From Balanoglossus misakiensis (taxonomy: Eukaryota; Animalia; Hemichordata): a stretch of 64,000 bases of DNA. This document shows, one piece after another, positions 14,104 to 25,411 of this stretch. The position numbers were made by a program, and so were the translations under genes. A model generated the notes under the pieces. That model was not told where the DNA came from. It saw nothing but the letters and a program-made list of their open reading frames with translations, and searched no databases. The stretch is taken from NCBI GenBank assembly GCA_040954595.2, contig CM082581.2, positions 14,313,350 to 14,377,349 on the forward strand. Direction: 5' to 3'. Position 1 is the first letter of the stretch, and each line of letters starts with the position of its first letter.

Positions 14104-15160
14104 CCTTTGACCTGTGATAGGTCATTATGTTTTTTTACTGTATGAGAAGAATATCTCTTGGTACACAAGACGCTGCTACAGATGACTTTTTATGAAATTC
14201 AGACTTGAACCAAATTATATATTTGTACTTGGATGTTTATGAATGTCATTCACAATGACGAGTACTGTAATTAGATCTTGCCACTTTATCAATGAAGTAA
14301 GAGAATGAGCCTAAGGTTGTGATATTTGTTTATAAGGGTGGCGTGGTATTGTCATGGCTGTTTAATTTTTTCTGTATCTTCCTAAGAAAGGTGCATGTCA
14401 ATTTTAAGGGTGGAATAATCTTCGTTCTCTATTATGAATATTCATAGGAAGGTCAATAATAAATGTGCCTTTTTTTACATGCTGTGAAGAATTTAAAGAA
14501 CTGGACATCACCCAGTCGCATGGCCATAAAATGAGCAACTCCATAGATTTGATACATTTTTTTAAAGTGACATTTCTCTTTATCAGACATACAATTGTCT
14601 CTGACCAAAGAAAGCCTTAAATTTACATGAACATCTACGTTTACAAAATACAATGCTCTGTCAGTCTCTGCATGATTTTTGTGTCTACTGTAACATTTAA
14701 ATTTAATTTTTGCACAGTTATCTTTTATAATATTTTTTAACATTACAAATATCAATTTATTTTTGTTATATTTTGATTTCAAATTTAGGAGAGTGACAAA
14801 GAGAAAAGTGGATGATGCAATTCTGGTGGTGAAGTTACTTGTCATGTGCCAATCTACGCTAGTCACTACCACTGGCTTTCAGTACTGAGCATTGTGGCTA
14901 AAAGTGGTTCTTGTACTGCCATCATGGTATCCAGTCTTACTGGCGATCTTATCCAATAATGTGCTTAATGCTGTGAAAAGTGTACCAAACGGACACTCAA
15001 TACAAAGACGTGATTAAATGGTAAAAATCAACTCTGACTTCAGTCAATGACACATTACTAGGTTAATATCAATGAATAAAGAATGATATTTTCAACAACT
15101 TGCATATCTCTTCATTTTCTGCCAAAATATATATTTCACATGCCGGCCACCTATATGTTA

Positions 15161-15179
15161 TAGCGCCCTCTAGTGTCCA
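15161..15179 (-). promoter_or_regulatory. CTCF-like motif
   Basis: Minus strand TGGACACTAGAGGGCGCTA closely fits the CTCF core consensus; lies between two convergent 3' ends. Confidence 0.5.
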
Positions 15180-15578
15180 CTAAAACAAACGACTTCTCAC
15201 AACTATAATGAACAGATGTCAACAGCTGCTTTACTATACTGGCAGGTTTATATACTTGTAGACTTAGTTTGAGTGAAATAAGGTTCAGGCAATACTTGGC
15301 TCCAGCTGGACAGACAGAGCTCAGGTCAACAGATAGACTCATCACACTCCAGAAGTTTCACCCACACTATGTCTGCAAACACTATGATGAATGAAACACA
15401 TGCTGTGATACATTCAGCAGTGCTCTTCAAATATTTTACTTTCAAACAAAATAAATCTTGCAATATTTACAGCTTTTCTTCTCTCAAATTTGGTACAATC
15501 CCATTGCTCCAAATAGTGTGACCAGGTCCATGCACATTTACTTGGAAATGGGGATTGAAGACTGAGTTGAAACGTCAT

Positions 15579-16695
15579 TCATCCGGTTTCAATACTACTG
15601 ACAGCAAACACCTTCTGAAGGAGGACTCCAGGGTCGCCCATGCTGTACATTCGGACAGATTCAAAGACCGGCTCCATTCTCAGATCCACGGACAACAACT
15701 GGATAAAAGACGGATTATCCTGTGGTGCATCGACGTAGACGGTTTTATTGGCCACTTTGCTGAACAGGGTTAGCAGCAGCGGCTGTGTGATGGCCGTGTT
15801 GAGGGCGTACAGCGGACCAATCAGGTGTCCTTCAATGCTGGGACGAATGACGCCATATCCAAGAATGTCACCCTCTGCAAAATATAATTATAAATGCAAA
15901 GTCAGTTCCCAGATGGGAAGAGTCAAACCTGGCAAACTGATGTTCTAGTACACTATGCACATATCTGCCACAATCCACAATCCTGGTACAATTTACATGT
16001 ATATCAAACATTCATTAAAATTCAAGTATAATATCACCTCTTATAATAGCATATGCTCCACCAGGTTTTGGTGTATTGGCCCATCTCTGTACAAAACGTC
16101 GCCTTTCAACAGTGCACACTTCAGCATCAAAGTCAACCAATGGTGCCAAGGACAACCTTGCCAGTGAACGGATGTGAGTGGTGTCAATGACCTCTGGCAG
16201 CAGTGACATACCGATGCCCCTGTACCGACAGTTTGTCCATGCAACTTGGAAACCCAATTTTTTAAACACTTCTGTTCTATCGGATGGCACATCAATTCCA
16301 ATGTTGCAGTCGTTGCCTAGATACTGGACAGCCTTTTTCCAGAGTGCTTGGCCGACACCCTCACCCCTGTACTGTGGTTCTATATGGTAAAATCCAACGT
16401 GGCCAAGCTTTGGACTGTATTTCATTGCGGATATTGATCCAAGTATCCCAGCGCTTGACTCGGCAACGAACAGTCCATCTGGATTGCACTGTGTGATGGT
16501 CTGACACTCATACGGTGATGGACTGCTGCCCTCACGGGCAGCACATGGTAAAACCTGAAGGGCTTCTTCTGGTGTCATTGGTCGTATTGAGACATCCTTT
16601 GCCACTGTGGTACATAGCTGTTTGGAAGCAGGTAGCTTGTACCTGTATAATCTGGGCACTGAAAGGTTTAAAATATGCCTCAATACCAAATTCAT
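15579..16695 (-). CDS. GNAT acetyltransferase, YitH/holothin-acyltransferase (HlmA)-like two-domain family (about 317 aa, 2 coding exons)
   Basis: Exons 16695-16038 and 15874-15579. ATG lies directly after an acceptor; non-coding exon donor near 17327. Motifs NPDGLFVA, ISAMKY, GFYHIEPQYRGEGVGQALW (acetyl-CoA motif A), NIGID, KKLGF, GYGVIRP, LIGPLYA, RMY, and C-terminal FAVSSIETG. Confidence 0.88.
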
Positions 16696-16925
16696 CTACA
16701 GGAAAGAAAAAAACATACTTTCAGAGAGAAAAAAATAATTTGGAATACATTGTTGAAATACTCCAGAATTCAGGCATTTGAACATCCATTCCATTCTCAC
16801 AACTGTGCTTAGATTCCTCATTAAGGGTGTACACGCAGAACCATATTCGCTTCAGGGTCTATAGCAGAACATAAACGTCTTTTTCATATGATTACAATGA
16901 AAATAGCTAGAAAACTCACTTCCAC

Positions 16926-17142
16926 GGATCTGGTTCACTTAGTGGACACGACTATACCCCATGGCAACGATACCATGGCAATGAGGGTGAGTTAGGGTTA
17001 GGGTTAGGAGGGTTGGGGGTGGCAATGTGAGGGTGAGTTTAACCCTAACCCTAACCCTAACCCTAACCCTCCTAACCCTAAACCTAAAAAAACACGATAT
17101 CGCCCATGGGGTATAGTCGTGTCCACTAAGTGAACCAGATCC
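16926..17142. mobile_element. 217-bp MITE with 39-bp perfect TIRs, 8-bp TSD and internal inverted TTAGGG repeats (Merlin-like termini)
   Basis: TIR GGATCTGGTTCACTTAGTGGACACGACTATACCCCATGG at 16926-16964 and its reverse complement at 17104-17142; TSD ACTTCCAC at 16918-16925 and 17143-17150. The superfamily is an inference. Confidence 0.9.
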
Positions 17143-17738
17143 ACTTCCACTATTGAAATTTTACACATAGCTCAGTCAAATAAAAATACATGTAAATTCA
17201 TCGGTCAAATAAAATCGTATGGTCACTGTGCTCTACTTTGCGATAATATTCGATAAATATTTTGCACATAAACAAACCATTGGTGAAAAATGCTGACTCA
17301 GCAGTTCATGAAATGAGAATCCTTACCTTCACTGGTCTCCAAGTCCCTCGCCTACCGAGAAAACTATTGTAGCCCTTAACTTTCTCAAAATTATTAACAC
17401 ACGTGGATTTATCTGAGTGCAAAGTGAATTGTGTTTCGTGATACCCCCCGATTATCAAGCATATAGCAACATTAATAAATTTTCTACGAATCACGTTAAT
17501 TTTCTGTAGCTGTTAACAACGGTATTTTATTTTTTACGTCAACATATAACACCTCATATGTTCTGTCAACTTAGGTGGTTTCTTCCCGAGAGCCTTTGTA
17601 AATCAAACATGGCAGCGCCCAGAAAAACGTGTACCGCGTGTGACAATTGAATCGCTCGCTTGATCGGTCTACAATCTGTGTGACACAAAGGGACTGGATT
17701 GTCATTAAAGGAGGGCGATAAGAAAGCACGGCATAGAT

Positions 17739-18863
17739 ATGGCGTCGGATGCATCTAGACAGCGATCGAAAGTTTCAACCCAAATGCTGGACGAGTCGTA
17801 CTTCAAGGCGTATGCCAGTACAAGCGTACACGCAGAAATGATATACGACACTGTTCGAACCAATTCATACAGACTAGCCATCCTACGTTGCAGTGATCAA
17901 ATTATAGGCAAAGTGGTCGCAGACATTGGTGCTGGTACTGGCATTCTGAGCTGTTTCTGTGTGCAGGCAGGTGCGAAAAAGGTATACGCAATCGAAGCAT
18001 CTGACATCGCCACCGCGGCCGAAGAAGTGGTGCGTTGCAACAAGTATCAGGATAAAATTGAAATCGTGAAGGGGAAAGTGGAAGAGGTGGAGCTGCCCGA
18101 GAAAGTCGACGTCATTGTCAGCGAATGGATGGGATACTGTCTCCTCTTTGAATCTATGCTTAATTCTGTGCTGTTTGCCCGCGACAAATGGTTGAAAGAG
18201 GGTGGTATTATCCTGCCGAATGTGGCATCCATCTTTTTGGCTCCCATCACCGATGCCAGTGGGGCTTATACCGAGTGTGAGAGCAGTGGCGGAGAAGATG
18301 ATGTGGAGTGGGAGGATGTTCCGAGAGGCGCTGATGACATCGATGATTTTTTGGAGGAACAGAATGAAGTCTGGAATACCACCAAGGCAGATTACGGGGT
18401 GGATATGTCGTGTCTAGTGAAACTCGCCAGGAAAATGTTCCTTCAGAAAGCCCACGTCCACTTCATCGAAGGAAACCAAGTTATTGCTCATCCGTGTAAA
18501 ATAGCTGAACTTGATATTTCTAAAGTCACTGTGTCTGATTTGAAGGAAGTGAAGGGAAAGTTTGATTTCAGATGCTTTGGTCAGTCTAAACTGCACGGCT
18601 TTGTAGGGTGGTTCTCCGTCTCTTTTCCCTGCAAGAATGAAGTGGTGATTGATACCTCGCCTTTCCTGGAGGAGACCCATTGGCAGCAAACTGTCCTCTA
18701 TCTAGATGAGGATACAGATGTTGAACAGGGCACTGTGGTAGCAGGCGATATTATCATCAAACCAAACAAATGTGAAAGATTCCTAGATTTTGTTCTTACA
18801 CACTCTGTGGCAGGAAAATGTCGCGCGACAAAAGTATATCTTATGAATGATGAGCATGATTGA
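17739..18863 (+). CDS. PRMT6: Protein arginine N-methyltransferase 6-like (374 aa, single exon)
   Basis: Uninterrupted ORF with YFKAY...VHAEMIYDTVRT, VADIGAGTGILS (motif I), double-E loop SEWMGYCLLFESML, YGVDMSCL dimerisation arm and THW loop; short N-terminus and intronless structure as in PRMT6. Confidence 0.9.
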   Translation: MASDASRQRSKVSTQMLDESYFKAYASTSVHAEMIYDTVRTNSYRLAILRCSDQIIGKVVADIGAGTGILSCFCVQAGAKKVYAIEASDIATAAEEVVRCNKYQDKIEIVKGKVEEVELPEKVDVIVSEWMGYCLLFESMLNSVLFARDKWLKEGGIILPNVASIFLAPITDASGAYTECESSGGEDDVEWEDVPRGADDIDDFLEEQNEVWNTTKADYGVDMSCLVKLARKMFLQKAHVHFIEGNQVIAHPCKIAELDISKVTVSDLKEVKGKFDFRCFGQSKLHGFVGWFSVSFPCKNEVVIDTSPFLEETHWQQTVLYLDEDTDVEQGTVVAGDIIIKPNKCERFLDFVLTHSVAGKCRATKVYLMNDEHD

Positions 18864-20189
18864 TGTCAGGATTCGTACATCTTTCTGCAATTTGAAATAA
18901 ATAGGAATGCAATATTTTAGATTGCATATGATTTTAATTAGGATTTGATAAATTAGCAAAAAAAAACTAACCACAGTGTCCAACCACAATTGTGATGACG
19001 ATGATGATTGAAAGATGAACATTAACTGTAGAAGATGGGAGCGCAGTCAACTTTTGGACACAAAAAAATCTCAACAATTTATTAAAAAAATTAAATTGCA
19101 CCACTGCATGAGGTAAAGTAGGAGATCTACAGATCATAAAGTAAAATTACATGATGAAATAATCACGAAAGTACAATGTAGTTGTAGTTGTCTGATGCAG
19201 CAATTATGCCAGTAACGTGCCATGCTTTGTCTGCCCTGATGCTTTGGCACCAGAAAAAAAAAATGCTGTAAAAAGTGTAAACAGTGGAACATGGACAACC
19301 CAAGCTTTTAGAACATTGCAGAATTGAATTTATTTGAAAGCTGTAGCTACTGCAAACTTAACTTTTAAAGAAATCTACCATTGTACCATGCACTTATTAG
19401 AGTAACAGTGACCTTAACAACTTGATGTTAAAGTTATGAAAATAAATTTTTGTAGATACAACAATCACAGTGGTTTTGTCCTATTGTTCTTTATGGCAAT
19501 GTTGGACCCTGTACAGGGAAATTGTGGGCTGAAACCAGTACATTACAGGCATTCTGTGGTATATATTTTTCTTTGCAATAAAAGTACCTTTTTAACAAAA
19601 ACATATTTTTTAATTATGTTTTTTTTTTTCATTTTGCTTGTTGACCAGATAGTAGAACTAGAAGCACGGTCTTTTCTAGTAACCGGCGATGGTTTCTGTA
19701 TCTTGTAATTGTGCTGAATTTACTCTATAATTAGTCTCGACTTTTTGACATGGGAACATTGTCGTAGATGCAGCAAGTTGCCGAATGAAATAGAGCATGC
19801 ATGATGTACCTGATGGGGCAAACGAGTTCGGCATACTGTACATCCGGGTACTTGCAAAGTCTACAGGGATTGACCTATGACCTTGTAGACGAGGCGGAGT
19901 GTATGAGATGAGGTTTCGATACCAATGATGATGCAGTGAATATCGGAATTTACGGGGACGACGATTCATGTGATGCGATGAAATGGCCATAAAAATAGCT
20001 ATTTAACTTACCTTTGCGATGATCGTTAACACGATGATAGACAGAAGTATAGATATTTAAACGCGGAAGTAAGTAAGCCAAGCTGAGCTGGTTACCAGCG
20101 AGACAGAAGGTGGGCCTGCCTGAGTCTGTGGAGGAGAGGGTTTGTTTACAAAAGTAGGTCATCTTCAACCCGTGATAGTTGTCAGAATA

Positions 20190-22696
20190 ATGGGCAAAAC
20201 AATCAAAATAGTGGTATGTGGAAGTCCAGGCGTCGGAAAGACGGCTATCTTGGAGCAAGCGGTTTATGGAAGTCACGTACCAGGTAGCAAGGTATGTATG
20301 CATTGAATGAGTGATGCAAGTACTAGGTACAGTAACAAGCGTATACTATTAGGTTAAATATAAAAGAAGGAATTGATATAGTCATGCACGACCTTGCAGT
20401 GTAAAGGAAGATGGTTTAATAGACAGAAACTAGTCCCCCTTTACTTTTTTAACATTCTATAATTTCTTTAAACGTTTGTGTTCAGTAATCGCATATGCAA
20501 GTCCACAGCCCCTCCCCCTTTTGAGGAGGAAATTAAAAAAATCAAATTAAAGCAAGTTGAAAGACATTGATGACTCAGAATTTTAGGATTTATCTTAACT
20601 TTTAGTTATTTCATCTTATATGTGAATGTATCATTGTATTTTATTCTTTAGTCCAGTAACTTTCCAACAGTGGAGGATATTTATGTTGCCATGATTGAGA
20701 CAGACAGAGGAGTAAAAGAAAAAATGAGATTTTATGATACAGCTGGCCTGGTAAGTAAATATGGCAATAGCTTTCTCTGGTTGAAGTCCCTCTCAGATGA
20801 TTGAAGATTTCTATTTAAAAGTAATTAAAAGTTATGTAATTAAAAGTTATTCTTGTTGACCTGTGGTTACATTGAATGACTTTGAAGTCAGATATATATT
20901 TTTTTCTGTAAAGCTATATTTTATCTCACATAGAAAAGTAAGAACCTTGTGTATACCTGTGTTTTGCAGGATGTTGATGTGCCAGAACTGCCAAAACACT
21001 ACTTCAGCATAGCAGATGTAAGTATCAATATTTAAGCAATAACCCCCGCCGCAGGCGGGTATACACGAGATTTGGGTACAATTCGAGACATATAGCACGA
21101 GCCGTCAGGCGAGTGCTATATGGAGCGAATTGTACCCAAATCTCGTGTATACCCGACTGAGGCGGGGGTTATTGCTATTATATTATATCAACAACTGTTT
21201 TTGTGGCATATCAGTGTCATTTTCTTACCGAAACGGCGTCAGAAAGAGAAATTACGATCGTGAACCAAAATGGCGACGACGAATGTAAACACGCGCGGCC
21301 GGGATCGAGCATTAAACATGAAGCAGACGACAAAAAGTGACAAGACGGGCATCGCGCGTGGCAAAGCGACAAATATATCCACAGAGCAGTTCCAAAATAA
21401 AACGTCCGTTAATTCAACAGTATTTTTGTTTTACTTATTTGGTTTAAACTCGCGCGACTGTGGTTTAACCGCACATTTTTGCTGCCGAATGCTAGTTCAG
21501 GGGCCCGTTTTACCACTGCTAGCCATGGTAAAACAGTATTTTACCATCGCTGGATTCAGCTCTCGTCCAATCAGAATCGCGGACAGTAGCATGATATAAT
21601 ATAATTATTTTTTTGACTTTTACATACTGGCACCCCCCCCCCCCCCCATACACACACATAGGTATATGCGTGTATCCTCAAAAATGAAGTTACATAAAGC
21701 TTGCTCTGAGTAATCCCACACACATCTGAGTTCTTGTTAGTTTAGCTAAATGTACATGAAACACCGATTTGTTTCAAGTTTCAAACATTGACTTTCCTTT
21801 TGCAGGGATTTTTACTGATCTACAGTATTACAAATCAAGAGTCATTCAAACAGATAGAAAAACTGAAAAAAGAGATCGATAAATCAAGAGACAAAAAGGA
21901 GGTATGTATCCAACAGATTGTCTCACATATAGTGACTTTCATTTTTCTGAAACCATTAGTGCAGTTTGTTTACCTTGCCCACAAAATTGATCTTACAGGT
22001 GGCGATAGTGGCCATGGGAAATAAATTAGATTTAGATCATGAGAGAGAAGTTGATATGACAATGGCTGCAGTATGGGCTCATAAAGAAAAAGGTAAAATT
22101 ATTTACAGATGTGTGTGTGTGTGGAGGCAGACTACTATAAAAAAAACTACTCATTCAACAATTATTTTTGAATTCTTTGAGTGACATCATGAAATTATCC
22201 ACTGACATTTACTCTTATATTTTAGTGAGATTGTATGAAGTATCGGTTAAAGATAGAAGGAGCCTTCTTGAACCTTTGGTTCACATGGCAAGCAAGATGA
22301 CAGCGACCTCAAGTAAGTATCTGTGTAAAGTCTACCTTTAACCCTTTCACCACCATGCTTCAATACAAACCCATTGTTTTCTATGGTAAGGCTGGACCTC
22401 TAATGAGGAAACTGGGGTGAAAAGGTTAATATAGAATTGTCACACTCAGGAATAACAGACACTCAACACTGATGACCATGATATGTAAACTTTTCCAGAA
22501 AATGTTACTTGTGGCATGATAAACAGTGCAAATTTAAGACAGTGAGTTACACAACCACGACAGGCAGTATGGCAAATTATTGGTTTATCAGTGAATTCGA
22601 TAATTTGATTTTTTTTTTTTTCAATTCCTAGGCAAGTCTTCATTTCAGCTTGGGCGGAAAACCAAACAGGGATCCTTCAACTCATCCGATGCTTGA
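20190..22696 (+). CDS. NKIRAS: NF-kappaB inhibitor-interacting Ras-like protein (kappaB-Ras; about 196 aa, 7 coding exons)
   Basis: Exons 20190-20291, 20652-20750, 20970-21017, 21806-21901, 21999-22092, 22226-22312, 22632-22696. [65 protein letters not shown]; no CAAX box. Confidence 0.95.
21031..21605. mobile_element. Non-autonomous element with a 142-bp terminal hairpin (Crypton-like architecture) in NKIRAS intron 3
   Basis: GC/CpG-rich insert in an AT-rich intron; inverted repeat 21035-21176 (69-bp arms, GTCA loop); internal CAAAATGGCG and CCAATCAG motifs. Boundaries approximate; class inferred. Confidence 0.6.
22338..22429 (+). mobile_element. About 85-bp TTAA-flanked MITE (piggyBac-like), NKIRAS intron
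   Basis: TTAA-CCCTTTCACC...GGTGAAAAGG-TTAA with internal CCATTGTTTTCTATGGTAA and TGGACC shared with other copies. Confidence 0.85.
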
Positions 22697-22870
22697 ACCA
22701 AGTGTTGTCTGTTCAGTGGAAAGAGAGACAAAAGCAAGGTCTTCGGTCAAAAACACAACTCTGCCAAATACAGCTCTAGTCATCAGGGACTCGCCAGTGC
22801 CGTTACATCACTTCATTCAGTGTGTTAATTGAACTGTGGAAATTTACTGTCACATTGTGATTTGTCAGAA

Positions 22871-22957
22871 CCCTTTCACCCCCTTTTTCCCTCTTCAGAG
22901 GCCCAGCCTCACCCATGAAGATAATAGGGTTGGACGAAAATAGGGGGGTGGATAGAG
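22871..22957 (-). mobile_element. Diverged copy of the TTAA MITE in the NKIRAS 3' region
   Basis: CCCTTTCACCCC...TTCCCTCTTCAGAGGCCCA... aligns by eye to the reverse copy at 63291-63373. Confidence 0.6.
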
Positions 22958-25411
22958 CTAGAGACTGAATGTACAGACTGAAAATGATATTTTAGAGTAC
23001 TGTAAAGTATGAAGTTACTTATGCATGATAGACCGAGTAGGAATAGGAAAGTCTCACAGAAAATTAAGACAGTGTTCTTGAGGTTTATTGTTGACCAATT
23101 CAAAACACCATGGATTTCTGTAAAAGTGTAGTCAGAGCATTTGCATAGAGAGTGGTACTTGATAGAATTCATATCCAGTTTATAAGTAGAACATGACCTG
23201 CAAATAGTGAAAGTAAAATAAAAGTTTTGCTACTTGACAAATCAATGGATGATGCAATAGTTGGCAATATTGTGGAATGTGCAAGACTTATGGTACATGT
23301 ATATATATTACATTGTGATAATACCAATCAGATAGATATTCTTTCCAAATATTTACTGTTGAATAAGAATGTGTGCTACGTTTATGCTGGCAGTGTCGAG
23401 AAGCAAAAGACTGGATTTTTCAGCGTAGTCCAGGATGTAAATCAAGAAAACAATGGTGGTGGTAGGGTAAAATGAAATATGAAATGAAGCATGGGAGTAT
23501 TTTACTTCATGAGGTCTGTCCAAGTAATACGTTCTTTTGTTATGAAGTTAAAGTGCAATGATGAAGAATTTCCTTTCAATGTTCTGTGCTGCTTTAATAT
23601 ATATAAATTGTTTTTGACATCTTAGGTCTCAGTGAAATTGAAATTTGAAAAATGTTCAGTTAATCTTTAAAAATTTTACATCAGTGTCAGAGTACATGAT
23701 CTGTATATATGAGTGTTAAATTGGAAATTGCTTTGTGTCTGACTACTAGACTTGTAAGGTTTTGTAGTCATCATATTTCTATTGTGGCTACTTTTCTTGA
23801 TACTGTGGAAATATATGCAGCAATCAGACCAGCCTAAAATTTTGGGCAGCTGCCAAGAAATTTTAAACTGCGAAAGTTTATAACAGCTTCCAACTCGCAA
23901 CACAGTTCACAAAATTAGGATTCCTGTTCATTGAATCTAACATCTACTGCAATAGTCATCCTTAACTTGTGGTGGGAAGGTAATACCACATCACTGTAGA
24001 AATGTAAGGTTTACTGATATGAGAAAGCATTAAAATTACAATTCAACACTTTCGTCAAGTCTGTTGGCGTGTTTATTTGCAATTTGATTATCAGTTTCAT
24101 CAGAGAATGACAATTAATGCAGTATACACTATAGATGAAGGAGCAATTTCCTTGTGCATGTTGGTTGCTTCAGTTGGCCATCGCCCTCTGTCGGGGAACC
24201 TTGGAACACGGGCGACCTGAAAAGTGACCCAGTGCTGACCTCGAGTGACCTGAAGTGAAACATTGCTCCTCTCAACCCATTTTTTTTATAACGAATGCAG
24301 TCACTTACGATCGGAGATTGCTGAATCAAATCAAATATGTGGAAGATATGCAGAAAGGTACGTTCGGTACAATGCCACCAGACCCGAGACACGATCATTA
24401 CTACAGAACAAGGTTATTGATCAGGTGTGAGGCTGTGTACACAGTGTATTCAACACAGTGTATTTCTAATGATTCGAGCCCGTAGACGACTCAAAACACG
24501 GGTGCCGTACCCAGAAGACTAGTGTTCATAAGGGGCGGGGGGTTGCCTTGGTGACTAATGATTACTTCCTGGTCCGAATGATACACTTGGGATTTTTTCA
24601 TGAAGAACGATCATGATTATGGGGGGATCATAGCATTTTGGACACGGGCTCCTCCCAGTGCAAATGTCGAATAAAGTTTATGTACCTTGTAAAAAAGGCC
24701 TGTTCTCCGTTTTGTGTCATAACAATCACTCCCGGCTCCACCTAGTACGAGTGGGCATAACCTCGCCCCCTGTCATGCAAATTGAAGCATGCCAGTTATA
24801 TGCTAATAATATGCAAATATGACAGTTATATTTTAAGCGTTCCTTTTCATTAACATATTGCACAGCTGAAACAGTGAATCTTTTCTAAAATGTCATCAGG
24901 ACATAATTTCATCTGACGTGATGGTGATTTTTTTCAGTAACTTGTATCAGACAATTGAGATGATGCAATTAATAAGGAACCTCTCGTGTCATCTTTCTAA
25001 GTTGTTTCTGACTGGTATACAAGACTCTTGTGTTACATTATTCTGTTTACTGCCTGGTTAATCACAGTTGCTGTACAAATAAATCAATAAGTTGTTAATA
25101 AACGTTGATTTACATGTTCTTGATGTGCCCTTATATAGCAGTCATCATAGTAAATGCATGCAGTGCTATTGCAAGAATAGTGCAGGGCATCTATAAATCC
25201 AAGTGACCCCGCCCCCTTGACAACATCCAAAATCAACAATGCAATGGTTCTACCTTGTTTACCTGTAATGTCACTTTTTTACAGACATGCAGTGTGTATA
25301 CACACTGAATGTGAAGACCTGAAGTTGGTCTATAAACAAAGCAATACATATACATGTCCTTGTTACACCAACCCATAATATTTTATCACAAGAGGCTGTA
25401 CAGAAACCAAA

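Noticed and set aside
16990-17090. Relic of a chromosome end-to-end fusion (TTAGGG facing CCCTAA)
   Set aside because: The repeats are enclosed by perfect TIRs and an 8-bp TSD, so they arrived as part of a transposon.
17739-18863. PRMT gene as a recent retrocopy or bacterial transfer because it has no introns
   Set aside because: PRMT6 is also single-exon in human, the ORF is intact, and no poly(A) tail or TSD is visible.
19664-19685. GTCTTTTCTAGTAACCG resembling the right TIR of the P-like element
   Set aside because: The terminal TG is missing and no partner end or TSD was found; at most a decayed fragment.
24542-24555. X-box-like GTTGCCTTGGTGAC in the HPS1 5' region
   Set aside because: An isolated match at a gene with no known ciliary role; too little support to call.
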